A stretch of 64,000 bases of DNA from an uncultured Bacilli bacterium (GCA_934101115.1 CAKOPW010000005.1:18697-82696), one strand, 5' to 3'. Shown: positions 29,606 through 39,995, counted from the stretch's first letter. Translations and numbers: made by a program. The notes: a model not told the origin generated them from the sequence alone.

Positions 29606-31172
29606 AAAAATTGATGATCAATGTGTAACTCATCAAATTAGTTTGAAAAATATTGTATTTAAGGAATTCTTTAATGAGTTAAATAAATTCGAAGTTTCAG
29701 GAGTAAAAAGTGGTTATAGTGAAATGGTCAGTATTTTACCAGCAACTGATTTGAGATTTGATTCTGGATTGAAACATGTAATATCAAGAGAAGGTAATCT
29801 AGAAGTTGGCGATGTTATTGTTTTATATAAAGAAGCTGATAAGTATGAATTAGAGCTAATTAAGCCTACTGATTCAAAGTATACTTTTGTACAAGAATTA
29901 TGTGAGAGAGACAAAAGACATACTTTGCTTGATATTGAATCCAATGAAATCAAAAATGTTGATAGAAAAGAAGAATATAAAAATTGGTTAGTCAATAAAG
30001 GTAAATATACTGATGAAACTATAAAGAATTATGTAAGATATATATCTTATATTTATGATAAAGGTTTAAGCGATAAAGATTTATATACAATTAAGGATAC
30101 ATTAATCATTGATGAATTATTATCAAAATTTAAAAATCAAGAAGAATATATTCAATATAATGAACAAAATAACAGAAATCCATATTATGCTTTGTTACAA
30201 TATAAAGAATTTATTGAAAATACAAATACGCATAAGATTGATGATGTTGATAGATTAGTTGGAGCATATAATAAAATTTATTATGGAATTCCTGGAAGTG
30301 GAAAAAGCTATACCGTTGATGCTAAATTTAATGAAGAAGAATATAAAGTATTTAGAACTACTTTTCACCCTGAATATACAAATAGTGATTTTGTAGGGCA
30401 AATTATTCCTATGGTAAAAGATGATAAAGTAAAATACGAATTTCATCCTGGATCATTTACGCTTGCATTAAAATATGCATTAGAGAATAAAAATAAAAAA
30501 GTATGCTTAATAATAGAAGAAATTAATAGAGGTAATGCTTCTGCAATCTTTGGTGATATATTTCAGTTGCTAGATAGAACAGAAAAAGGAAGAAGTAAGT
30601 ATGAAATATATAACGGTCCTATTCTAGATTATTTTGAAAAAAATGGTATTAATATGAATAAAATATATATTCCATCTAATATGTGGATTATATCTACTAT
30701 GAATACAAGTGATCAAAATGTATTTACTTTAGATACTGCATTTAAACGTAGATGGAAAATGGAATATATAAAAAATGTATTTGCTGATGATGAAAAATCA
30801 AAAGAATTAAGAAATAAGGTTATTCCTTTAGGAGAAAAATATCCTAATGTAACATGGGAGAAATTTGTTAACAAAATAAATAATCATATTATTTCTGATA
30901 CATCAGGAATAAATGGTGAAGATAAACAGCTTGGTATGTATTTTGTTTCTGTTGAAGAAATTAATGATCCAAAAGAATTTGCTGAAAAAATTTTGTCTTA
31001 TTTATGGGAGGATGTTGCAAAATTAAATACTTCATATTGGTTTGGATCAATATCTTCCTATGATGAATTAATCGATTTATTTAACAAAAATTCTTTAGAT
31101 ATATTCAATTCACTATTTGATGATGAAATTAAAGTAACAGAAGAATATACAATTAAAACCGTAGGAGAATAG
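29589..31172 (+). CDS. McrB-family AAA+ GTPase restriction subunit (LlaJI R1-like)
   Basis: GIPGSGKSYTV Walker A, IEEINRGNASAIFGD, and the McrB signature WIISTMNTSDQNVFTLDTAFKRRW. About 230 aa of N-terminal DNA-binding region is unassigned. Confidence 0.8.
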   Translation: MKVYVRKIDDQCVTHQISLKNIVFKEFFNELNKFEVSGVKSGYSEMVSILPATDLRFDSGLKHVISREGNLEVGDVIVLYKEADKYELELIKPTDSKYTFVQELCERDKRHTLLDIESNEIKNVDRKEEYKNWLVNKGKYTDETIKNYVRYISYIYDKGLSDKDLYTIKDTLIIDELLSKFKNQEEYIQYNEQNNRNPYYALLQYKEFIENTNTHKIDDVDRLVGAYNKIYYGIPGSGKSYTVDAKFNEEEYKVFRTTFHPEYTNSDFVGQIIPMVKDDKVKYEFHPGSFTLALKYALENKNKKVCLIIEEINRGNASAIFGDIFQLLDRTEKGRSKYEIYNGPILDYFEKNGINMNKIYIPSNMWIISTMNTSDQNVFTLDTAFKRRWKMEYIKNVFADDEKSKELRNKVIPLGEKYPNVTWEKFVNKINNHIISDTSGINGEDKQLGMYFVSVEEINDPKEFAEKILSYLWEDVAKLNTSYWFGSISSYDELIDLFNKNSLDIFNSLFDDEIKVTEEYTIKTVGE

Positions 31173-31173
31173 T

Positions 31174-32433
31174 ATGAAATTTTCCGATAAAGTAATTTTC
31201 AAAAATGGATATGAAGAAGACAATTTTGTTGGTATAAAATATAGAAAAGATAAAATTAATATCTTTTTACCTATCGGATATAACAAGGATTATTTTAGCA
31301 CAGATGATGAGTTAAGTCCTGAACAAAAAGTGGATTTATTATTATTACTAAAGACTATTACACTAGTTAAAAATTCTAATAATGAAAAAACTGATTTTGG
31401 TGATGATATAGGGAATAACGATGAAGTCCCATATAATTCATTAATATGGATTATAAATGACTATTTTAACAATGGATTATATCAAGAAATCGAAAAAAAA
31501 TACTCTCAAAAAAGTCATGGTAAAATTAATTGGAAAAAAACACTTAATTCAGAGCATTACTTTGAAAACAATAGTGTTACATATATTAATCCTTATTATG
31601 AATCAAATATACAAAGGAGTACTTTAATAACTGAACTTAATAATTATTGTGTTCATAAAAGTTATAAATATATAGGATTTCTATTTGGAAAAGTATATCT
31701 TCCGGAATGTAATATTAGAGAAGAAAGAATTAAAGATAATATTAAATACTATATTGATGTTATTAATAAAGAATTAGCAAAATCTTTTAATGATAGAAAA
31801 AAAATGTTGTTAACTAATATGAAAAGGATTTTTGAAATGTCTTTTGAAGATAGTTTTGAGAATCAACCAACATATGGAACAAGGCGATATGAATATGCTT
31901 GGGAAAAAATGGTAAATGAAACTCTTGGATCTAAAATTGATATTAGTAAGTTTTTTCCTAATGCTTTTTGGAATATACAAGGTAAGATTGAAGAAGATAA
32001 ATCAAAATTAAGACCAGATTCTATTTTGATAGATAATAATTCAAAAAAATTATATATACTTGATGCAAAGTATTATAAATATGGAATTACTAGTAATATT
32101 TCTGATTTACCACATACTGATTCAATTCAAAAACAAATAACATATGGGGATCATATATCAAATAATCCGCACACATATGGTTTTGAAAAAAATAATATAT
32201 ATAATGCATTTATTATCCCATTTAATAAAAACAAAGAACCTTTTAAATGTGATGAGAGCATAAAATATATGGGATTTGCAAATAGTGCATGGAGAGATAA
32301 AAAGGAAACATATAATTATGAACGAATTTCTTTATTATTAATTGATACAAAATATATGATAGATTGTTTTTATCAAAAAGAACGTGCTAATCTTGAACAA
32401 TTAATTGAATTGATAGAAAAATCTTCATTATAG
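31174..32433 (+). CDS. McrC-like PD-(D/E)xK nuclease subunit (LlaJI R2-like)
   Basis: LRPDSILIDNNSKKLYILDAKYYK, a PD..D-x-K motif. Translationally coupled to the McrB-like gene. Confidence 0.7.
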   Translation: MKFSDKVIFKNGYEEDNFVGIKYRKDKINIFLPIGYNKDYFSTDDELSPEQKVDLLLLLKTITLVKNSNNEKTDFGDDIGNNDEVPYNSLIWIINDYFNNGLYQEIEKKYSQKSHGKINWKKTLNSEHYFENNSVTYINPYYESNIQRSTLITELNNYCVHKSYKYIGFLFGKVYLPECNIREERIKDNIKYYIDVINKELAKSFNDRKKMLLTNMKRIFEMSFEDSFENQPTYGTRRYEYAWEKMVNETLGSKIDISKFFPNAFWNIQGKIEEDKSKLRPDSILIDNNSKKLYILDAKYYKYGITSNISDLPHTDSIQKQITYGDHISNNPHTYGFEKNNIYNAFIIPFNKNKEPFKCDESIKYMGFANSAWRDKKETYNYERISLLLIDTKYMIDCFYQKERANLEQLIELIEKSSL

Positions 32434-32624
32434 ATGTTTTGCGTCACTCGCGTCACTTAAATGTATAGGGTGCTCACCTAAAAATAAGTGTCATAAAAAA
32501 ATAGATATGTTAAAAAAACATAACATATTTAATAAGTACGTTAAAAAAGCATATATAAGATTAATTTATATATGTTTTTATATGTTATAATATATATAAT
32601 TATTTATTCTTAGGGGGAATTTGT

Positions 32625-35345
32625 ATGGATGAAAGTATTAACTTCATTAATCGGAAAATTAATGATTTGAATATTAAGATAGAAAAAAATATAGACGATT
32701 CTGTTGATAATAGGGGCTATATGTCTCAAAATATCATAAAGAGTTTAAGAGATTTAGTAGAATATATAGCATTTAAAGTATATGTAATTGAGAATAGAAA
32801 GTGTTATCTTGATTATAATCATGTTAATACTGGCTTAGCAATAAAATATATTAAATGTTTAAGTAAACATGAAATACTAAAGAACTTTCATGCTTTATTA
32901 GAAATTGGTCCTTCACATAATAGTTATAGTGAGGATGGCTCAATTAGATTAATGGTTAAATATCAAGAGTATCTTATTGATCTAAAAAGATATTATTTTG
33001 ATTTGTTTAAAGAAAAAATATTAACAAATTTATATAAATTTCCCATATTTAAAATAGACTCATCTTTATACGATTATTATAAAGAAATATATAATAAGTT
33101 AATTCAAATAAAATTTGATAATAGTGAACGAGTTTTAGGTAACGCATATTATATTAAGAAAACAAAACCTGTCGCAATAGAAGATAGAGTTTTTTATGAA
33201 TTAACATTAACACCAGCTACCGACTATGTTAATAAATTTAATAGAATTATTTTTTATTCCCCAGTTAGAATTCCGGATAATTATGCTATTAAAATAGGCT
33301 ATGTAAGGAAAAATATAAAATCATTTAAATCAGAAGTAGAAATCAAGATAATTAATAATTATGAGATATTTATCAAACCGGCCGAAATAAATAGTTTGTA
33401 CAAAATATTTGGTATTAATAAAAGAGTATCATATCGTGCAAATGAATATGATTATTTTATGCGATTATTAAAAAATAATCGTTGGACATTAAATCATATT
33501 ATTAATTTGAATGATGATGGATTTGAAATAATTAGACAGGAGTCATCAGTTTATAATACTCATCATTTGTTTGAATTGTTAGAAATGATAAGAAATGTTA
33601 TTACTAACAATAAACCTGGTCACAATGTTTTAAACTACTTAATACATGTATTGAGAAATTCTGTAGTTATTGATCAAATAGGTGATGAGCAATGTAAAAT
33701 ACTATCAGATTTATATCTAGAGTATGGATGTAATGTTTTTGAAACTATGCCATATGCTTCTTCATTAAATGGTCATAAAATATCTGTATCAGATTTATTT
33801 GAAATAATTGATCCAGTAAATAGAGAACATGAGTTCTTTGGAAGAAAGATAACTGATTTATGCAATTCGACAAATAGGATTTATTTTTCTTTTAAGGAAT
33901 TAGGTTATGATTCAGAATATGGTAAAAAACTTATAAAAGAATTTAATAAGCGCGTTTATTACAAACATACAGATAGATATTTAGAAACAATTGGAAATAA
34001 AGTCTATATAAGAGGATTTGAAGAAAGTACGATAAAAATTATAGATGTTTTAAAAAGTAAAACTAATGAAAAATATTCTGATTATAAAAATATGTATGAT
34101 ATGTTTTCAATTTTTAGCGATTATGAATTTACTGATAGTATCAAGAAAAATATTTCTGAAAAAATATATATTAATTCAAAAGTTGGTTTAATATATGGCT
34201 CTGCAGGAACAGGCAAAACTGAAATGATTAAAATAATATCTAAAATATTTGATGGTAAAAGAATTGCTTTTTTAGCCAAAACTAATGCTGCTCTAAACAA
34301 TATTAAAATTCGAGTTGGTAAAGAAGCAATGGATAACTATGAATTTTATACTATTGATAAATTTATTGATGATTCTATAAGAGATAGTTATGATTTAGTT
34401 GTTGTGGATGAGTGTAGTATGGTAGAGAATGATATAATGCTTCAAATGTTAAAGAAAAACAATTATGATTGCTTACTATTAGTTGGTGATATATATCAAA
34501 TTGAAGCAATTGAGTTTGGTAACTGGTTTAGATTTGCAAAGGAATTGATTCCTGAAAATTCATATGAACTAACTGAAAATTTTCGAACTACGAATCATGG
34601 ATTAAAGAATTTATGGTCTAAAGTAAGAAATTTAGATGATGGCATTACCGAGAAAACAATTGATGAAGCTTATTCAGAAATATTAAGTGAATCAATATTT
34701 GAAAATAGAGAAGATGAAGAAATTGTTCTATGCCTTAATTATGATGGCCCATATGGGATTAATAATATAAATAGATATTTGCAGATGACAAATAGAAATG
34801 AACCAATAGAATGGGGAATAAATACATATAAGGTTGGAGATCCAATTATATTTAGTGATGTAAGGAGATTTTCTAATGTTTTATATAATAATCTTAAAGG
34901 AAAAATTCTAAAAATTGAAAAGAATGAAGACAGCATAACTTTTGAATTATTTGTGGAAAGAAGAATTTCTGATTTCGATGCCTTTGCAAATAACATTAAA
35001 GTTATTTCTAGGGAAGATGATGGATCGGTTATAGAAATAAAGGTATTACGAAAGGATGATGATGATAAAGATGATGAAGTAGGATATATTGTTCCTTTCA
35101 CGGTATCCTATGCTACATCTATACATAAATCGCAAGGTTTAGAATTTGATTCTGTTAAAATTATTATTTCTGATGAGTCCGAAGAATTAATTACTAAAAA
35201 TATATTTTACACTGCAATAACTAGGTCTAAAAATCATCTTAAAATATATTGGAGTCCAGAATGTCAAAATAAAGTAATAAAGAACATGAGGGATTATACT
35301 TTAAAAGATGATTTAATTATTATAAAAAATAAAATGAAAAACTAA
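32625..35345 (+). CDS. SF1 helicase (RecD/TraA-like, AAA_30 plus UvrD_C) with about 500-aa uncharacterised N-terminal region
   Basis: Walker A GLIYGSAGTGKTEM, Walker B LVVVDECSMV, and C-terminal motif VSYATSIHKSQGLEFDSV. Nothing recognised in aa 1-500. Confidence 0.7.
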   Translation: MDESINFINRKINDLNIKIEKNIDDSVDNRGYMSQNIIKSLRDLVEYIAFKVYVIENRKCYLDYNHVNTGLAIKYIKCLSKHEILKNFHALLEIGPSHNSYSEDGSIRLMVKYQEYLIDLKRYYFDLFKEKILTNLYKFPIFKIDSSLYDYYKEIYNKLIQIKFDNSERVLGNAYYIKKTKPVAIEDRVFYELTLTPATDYVNKFNRIIFYSPVRIPDNYAIKIGYVRKNIKSFKSEVEIKIINNYEIFIKPAEINSLYKIFGINKRVSYRANEYDYFMRLLKNNRWTLNHIINLNDDGFEIIRQESSVYNTHHLFELLEMIRNVITNNKPGHNVLNYLIHVLRNSVVIDQIGDEQCKILSDLYLEYGCNVFETMPYASSLNGHKISVSDLFEIIDPVNREHEFFGRKITDLCNSTNRIYFSFKELGYDSEYGKKLIKEFNKRVYYKHTDRYLETIGNKVYIRGFEESTIKIIDVLKSKTNEKYSDYKNMYDMFSIFSDYEFTDSIKKNISEKIYINSKVGLIYGSAGTGKTEMIKIISKIFDGKRIAFLAKTNAALNNIKIRVGKEAMDNYEFYTIDKFIDDSIRDSYDLVVVDECSMVENDIMLQMLKKNNYDCLLLVGDIYQIEAIEFGNWFRFAKELIPENSYELTENFRTTNHGLKNLWSKVRNLDDGITEKTIDEAYSEILSESIFENREDEEIVLCLNYDGPYGINNINRYLQMTNRNEPIEWGINTYKVGDPIIFSDVRRFSNVLYNNLKGKILKIEKNEDSITFELFVERRISDFDAFANNIKVISREDDGSVIEIKVLRKDDDDKDDEVGYIVPFTVSYATSIHKSQGLEFDSVKIIISDESEELITKNIFYTAITRSKNHLKIYWSPECQNKVIKNMRDYTLKDDLIIIKNKMKN

Positions 35346-35479
35346 TAAGTATATACATATGTATGTGCTTTTTTGTATTAAAATATATTCATTGAATATT
35401 ATAATAATATACCGATAGCGGTATAAATATATTGAAAAATCATACTGGCAACGGTATAATGTAATTAGAGGTGAAAATT

Positions 35480-36406
35480 ATGGAATTTATGACTACAAAA
35501 GAAGCTGTACAAAAATGGAATGTTAGTGAAAGAAGAATACGAAAATTATTACTAGATGGAAGAATTGAAGGTGCTGTAAAAGTAGGTAATAATTGGAATA
35601 TTCCTATTAATGCTAATAAACCAGCTGATAAAAGAAGCATGAAATTAGATAATACTGAATTTAAATTTGATTTACCTGATAATTATTTTGATAAAGTTGA
35701 TGAATTAAATAAAGAATTAAATTCTAAAAGACCTATATCAAAAGAAACATTAAAATCTTTAAAAGAATCTATAAATTTAGAGTGGACTTATAATAGTAAC
35801 GGTATAGAAGGAAATACACTAACTTTAAGAGAAACACAAGTCGTTTTAGAAGGTATTACAGTTGGTGGTAAATCTTTAAAAGAACATTTGGAAGCTATTA
35901 ATCATGAACAAGCAATATTATTCTTAGATGATCTTATTAAGGATAAAGAACCAATCACAGAATGGAATATTAAAAATATTCATCAATTAGTATTAAAAGA
36001 AATAGATAATGATAACGCTGGTAAATATAGAGATGAAAATGTAAAAATAAAAGGTGCTACACATATTCCACCAGATTATTTAATTGTTCCTGAATTAATG
36101 GAAAAATTAATTATTAAATATGAAGATTGGAAAAAATATCATCCAATTATTAGAGCAGCATTATTACATGGAGAATTAGTTAAAATACATCCATTTGTTG
36201 ATGGTAATGGCAGGACTTCAAGATTAGTTATGAACTTATCTTTAATGAATAGCGGATATCTTCCAGTAATTGTAAAAAAAGAAAAAAGATTAGAATACTA
36301 TAATGCTTTAGATAAAGCACATACTACTGGGAATTATACAGATTTTGTTAAATTAGTTAATGAATTAGAAATTGAAATGTTAAATAAATATTTAGAACTG
36401 TTATAA
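35480..36406 (+). CDS. Fic/DOC-family protein with N-terminal HTH
   Basis: Fic motif HPFVDGNGRTSRL. N-terminal excisionase/MerR-like HTH KEAVQKWNVSERRIRKLL. Confidence 0.85.
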   Translation: MEFMTTKEAVQKWNVSERRIRKLLLDGRIEGAVKVGNNWNIPINANKPADKRSMKLDNTEFKFDLPDNYFDKVDELNKELNSKRPISKETLKSLKESINLEWTYNSNGIEGNTLTLRETQVVLEGITVGGKSLKEHLEAINHEQAILFLDDLIKDKEPITEWNIKNIHQLVLKEIDNDNAGKYRDENVKIKGATHIPPDYLIVPELMEKLIIKYEDWKKYHPIIRAALLHGELVKIHPFVDGNGRTSRLVMNLSLMNSGYLPVIVKKEKRLEYYNALDKAHTTGNYTDFVKLVNELEIEMLNKYLELL

Positions 36407-36817
36407 AAAATAGCGAGAAAAAATATTTCTTGCTATTTTTTTAAATAAACAAAACAAATGTTCTGATACATGTTGCTTAAAACTAATTTGTGTGTTAATA
36501 TGATAGTGTTATAAGCGGACACGAAAAAAACATGTTATAAACATGTTCGCTTGTACTGGTAGCTGGTAACTACCGATAAGAATTAAATTGCCTTTCGGCT
36601 TACACAAAACGAGAACAATGAATTGATTAACAACACGACTCCTATTCTCATTTATAATGATACACAAAAAATGTTTTTGTGTCAATGGGTATAATAACAG
36701 AAGTTTACATATTAGTCAATTCTGAAAGGAGGATTAATATGTTTTTTAATTATTTATTATAGTATTTAGGTAAAGTAGTTACCAGTTATCTCAAATTTGA
36801 AGTAAGGAGAGATAAAC

Positions 36818-37567
36818 ATGACAAGAAAAATTTTAAAAAATATTTTTGATAACTTAGAACAGTCATTATTTAATGATATGAATATACGTATTGAGCATGA
36901 TTTAGAGGATGGTAAATATAGAGAATATTTAGTTAAAAATGTCCTTGAAAAAATTATACCTTCAAAATATAGTATTACAAATGGTTTTATTATTGATAGT
37001 GATAATAATATATCCGATGAAATGGATATAATTATATATGATAGAAATTATGTGCCACCTTTTTTTGATGAAACTTATACTGTAGTACCAATAGAGGCAG
37101 TAATTGTAGTAATACAGGTTAAAACCACACTAACTGCATCTACATTAAAAAATAGTATCACAAATTTAAACTCAATTGATAAACTTAATGCTAAAACTGG
37201 TGGAAAAATAATATCTGCAACATGTGACTTAATTGAGGAAAAGAGATATATTTGTCCATACAAAGTTATAGTAGCTTCTAAGACTGATTATGTTGATGAA
37301 CATGATTTTGCAAGTGATATGAAAAATATTGATATTATTTATATTGTTGAAAAAGATAAATCATTAACCGTAAAGCATAAAAAAAATATAAAAGCTGTTG
37401 TTTGTGAAAATAAAGAAGAACTAATAAAAAATCAAAGCAACTATGAATTAGAAGTGATTAAAGAAAGTAGATTAGCATTTTTTGCTTTGAATTTATTGGA
37501 AAAGATGAAACTAATAAATAATTCAATCATAATTAATTATGAAGAATATATAAAGGGGGCTAAATAA
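36818..37567 (+). CDS. PD-(D/E)xK-like nuclease-fold protein (candidate effector)
   Basis: DIIIYD...IEAVIVVIQVK resembles a restriction-endonuclease-like core. About 130-aa C-terminal region is unassigned. Overlaps the next gene by 1 nt. Confidence 0.35.
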   Translation: MTRKILKNIFDNLEQSLFNDMNIRIEHDLEDGKYREYLVKNVLEKIIPSKYSITNGFIIDSDNNISDEMDIIIYDRNYVPPFFDETYTVVPIEAVIVVIQVKTTLTASTLKNSITNLNSIDKLNAKTGGKIISATCDLIEEKRYICPYKVIVASKTDYVDEHDFASDMKNIDIIYIVEKDKSLTVKHKKNIKAVVCENKEELIKNQSNYELEVIKESRLAFFALNLLEKMKLINNSIIINYEEYIKGAK

Positions 37568-38490
37568 TGAGTAATTCATTGACTGAAGATTTTAATAAGT
37601 TTGTAGAAATTATTTCGCTAAATAGTAAAGAAGAAGAGGATATTAAAAGTAAACATAATAGTCTTATCAATATGATTATTGCTGATCCACCAAAAGGCTA
37701 TAATATTGTTAAAACAAGGCTTAGTGGTTCATATGCAAAGCATACAGTTTTAAATGAATATAACGTGGATAAACTACCAGATGTTGATATTATTACAATT
37801 ATAGATTCTTGTGATAAAAGTGTAGATGAGATAAATGCTGATTTTTTAAACTATTTTGAAGATAAAAAAGGTAAAGTAACTTCAAATATTAGGCAGCAAT
37901 CTAATTCTATTGGAATAATATATTCTAATATAAGCGTTGATATGGTAATTGGTATTCTTAAAGATGACAAATTAAAAATATGTTCTAATAAAAAACATGA
38001 TTGGATATCATCGAATGCCTTGATACATATTGATTACATGATAAAAAAGAATAAAGAATATGAAGGATTCAGTTATTATAGTTTAATGAAACTTTTCAAG
38101 TATTTAAATAAAGAACAATTGAATAATAAATTAAAGTCATATACATTAGAACAATTGATTCATAAATGTTGTCCAATTCCAACAGTAGGATTAAGATTAT
38201 ATCAAGCATTTGCTAAGACACTTGATAATATAAAAGAAATATCATTAATTACGGAAATTAGAGATTGTTGCGATGAAGATAAGGATGGTTATGATGAAAA
38301 AGATGTATTGATATTTGATTCCTTTAAAGAAGAAATTGCAAATTACTCTAGTTTAGCAAAAGAAGCATTAGATGGTAACAGAAAAAAATGGCAAGAGATA
38401 TTTGGAGATAGGTTTCCATGCCAACCAAATGAAATAGTAAAGAATGAGGCAAATTATGACAAAAGTCATACACCATGGTGTTATAAATAA
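37567..38490 (+). CDS. SMODS/CD-NTase-like nucleotidyltransferase
   Basis: Pol-beta NTase signature LSGSYAKHTVLNEYNVDKLPDVDIITII, i.e. GS...DxD. Confidence 0.5.
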   Translation: MSNSLTEDFNKFVEIISLNSKEEEDIKSKHNSLINMIIADPPKGYNIVKTRLSGSYAKHTVLNEYNVDKLPDVDIITIIDSCDKSVDEINADFLNYFEDKKGKVTSNIRQQSNSIGIIYSNISVDMVIGILKDDKLKICSNKKHDWISSNALIHIDYMIKKNKEYEGFSYYSLMKLFKYLNKEQLNNKLKSYTLEQLIHKCCPIPTVGLRLYQAFAKTLDNIKEISLITEIRDCCDEDKDGYDEKDVLIFDSFKEEIANYSSLAKEALDGNRKKWQEIFGDRFPCQPNEIVKNEANYDKSHTPWCYK

Positions 38491-38941
38491 AAAAAATATA
38501 GAAATATCTATAAAAAAATATGACTTTAAGATTCTTGATTATAATGAAAATAATGAATACATAAAAACAATTATTGAAAAAGATTACGCAAAAAGTTTTA
38601 ATATAGATTTTAATGGGATAATTAAAGTAGAATGTATAATAATGCGTAAGATGTATGATATGTTTTGTGTTTATACGTATCCAAAATTTAAAGAAATATC
38701 TAATATAATTCCAAAGAAGGCATTTTATCATATGTACGAAGATGGTAGTATTTGTTATGCGCCTCCTAAAAGACCATTGGTTGAAAAATGGAGTTTAGAA
38801 GATTTTATAAGTTCTATAGATTCCTTTTTTCATAACTATTTTTCGATTGAATATATTGGAGAAGGCGAATTATTTCAACTTGAACATGGTGAAAAAGGAT
38901 TAATACAATATGAATTTATTTATAGAGTTTCAGAAAATTAA
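38444..38941 (+). CDS. small E2 (UBC-fold)-like protein
   Basis: HMYEDGSICYAPP resembles the E2 HPN...G.IC active-site region. 165 aa. Overlaps the upstream gene. Confidence 0.4.
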   Translation: MRQIMTKVIHHGVINKKNIEISIKKYDFKILDYNENNEYIKTIIEKDYAKSFNIDFNGIIKVECIIMRKMYDMFCVYTYPKFKEISNIIPKKAFYHMYEDGSICYAPPKRPLVEKWSLEDFISSIDSFFHNYFSIEYIGEGELFQLEHGEKGLIQYEFIYRVSEN

Positions 38942-38949
38942 GTGTTGAT

Positions 38950-38998
38950 AAAAAAAGAGCATATATAGCTACGTGAGCTATATATGCTTTTCTTATGT
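38950..38998 (+). terminator. rho-independent terminator after the three-gene cassette
   Basis: agcatatatagctacgtgagctatatatgct followed by tttctt. Confidence 0.55.
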
Positions 38999-39402
38999 CT
39001 GCTCAGTTTCTGCACAACAATTTAGTTACATTTTGCTGTGCAAGATTGAATATTTTTAAACTATTTATCTTGAAGCAGTTGATTTTAAAGGGATTATACA
39101 GGTATGATTTATCCATTGCATTATGCCCATTGGAGAGAGCGAAAACTCTCATTTTGGAAGTATAATTTCTTCTTTTATTTATATAAACAACCATATTTTT
39201 ATCATTTAAAGAAACAAGAATTATTATAAAATTGTTCAATTTTTAGAAAGTCATTTTTTTTTACACTATATTCCGAGTTTCTAACTTGCTTATATCTTGC
39301 TTAAATTCTATCTAAAGTACAATATTCCATATCTATTGCTATGTTTATACGTATTTAAATAATGACTTTTTGCTAAAAAATTGATACAATAAAATTAGAA
39401 AG

Positions 39403-39657
39403 TTGGTTATTATGAGAGAAATACAAATTAACAGAATTTATAAACATTTTAAAGGAGACTATTATTTAGTTGTTGGTGTTGGAACTTATTCAGAAACACA
39501 AGAAAAATGTGTTATTTATAGAAAATTATATGAAGATGGCTCTTTATGGATTAGACCAATGGACATGTTCTTAAGTGAAGTTGATCATGAAAAATATCCT
39601 GATGTTAAACAAAAATATAGATTTGAACTTCAAAATATTAAAAGTGTAGCTAAATAA
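39403..39657 (+). CDS. DUF1653-like small protein
   Basis: YKHFKGDYYLVVGVGTYSETQE...WIRPMDMF pattern. Confidence 0.45.
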   Translation: MVIMREIQINRIYKHFKGDYYLVVGVGTYSETQEKCVIYRKLYEDGSLWIRPMDMFLSEVDHEKYPDVKQKYRFELQNIKSVAK

Positions 39658-39669
39658 AGAGGTAAAAAT

Positions 39670-39978
39670 ATGAAAACAATTACAGTATGTGGAAGTTTAA
39701 AATTTTATAAAGAGATAGTGGAAATAGCTTTAAAAATGGAATTAGAAGGAAATTGTATGTTAGTTCCAATATACAATCCATACAATACGGACAAAGATGC
39801 ATTTACTGACGAAGAAATAAAGATGATTTCAAAAATGCATTATGAAAAAATAAAACTGTCCGACGCAATTTTAGTTGTAGATGTTGATGGTTATATCGGT
39901 AGCAGTACAAGTAAAGAGATAGAATACGCTAAATCACTTAATAAAGAAATCCTTTACTATAGTGATTTAACTAAATAA
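39670..39978 (+). CDS. hypothetical protein (possible nucleoside 2-deoxyribosyltransferase-like fold)
   Basis: TVCGSLKF...ILVVDVDGYIGSSTSKEIEYA. Weak pattern only. Confidence 0.25.
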   Translation: MKTITVCGSLKFYKEIVEIALKMELEGNCMLVPIYNPYNTDKDAFTDEEIKMISKMHYEKIKLSDAILVVDVDGYIGSSTSKEIEYAKSLNKEILYYSDLTK

Positions 39979-39995
39979 TGAAAGAGTGAGTTTAT

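Noticed and set aside
29310-30446. Minus-strand ORFs of 74, 93 and 63 aa inside the MTase and McrB-like genes
   Set aside because: Antisense shadows within genes that carry clear catalytic motifs.
39003-39239. 78-aa minus-strand ORF in the spacer after the NTase cassette
   Set aside because: No RBS. Overlaps the terminator and promoter region and has an odd composition, so it is more likely non-coding.
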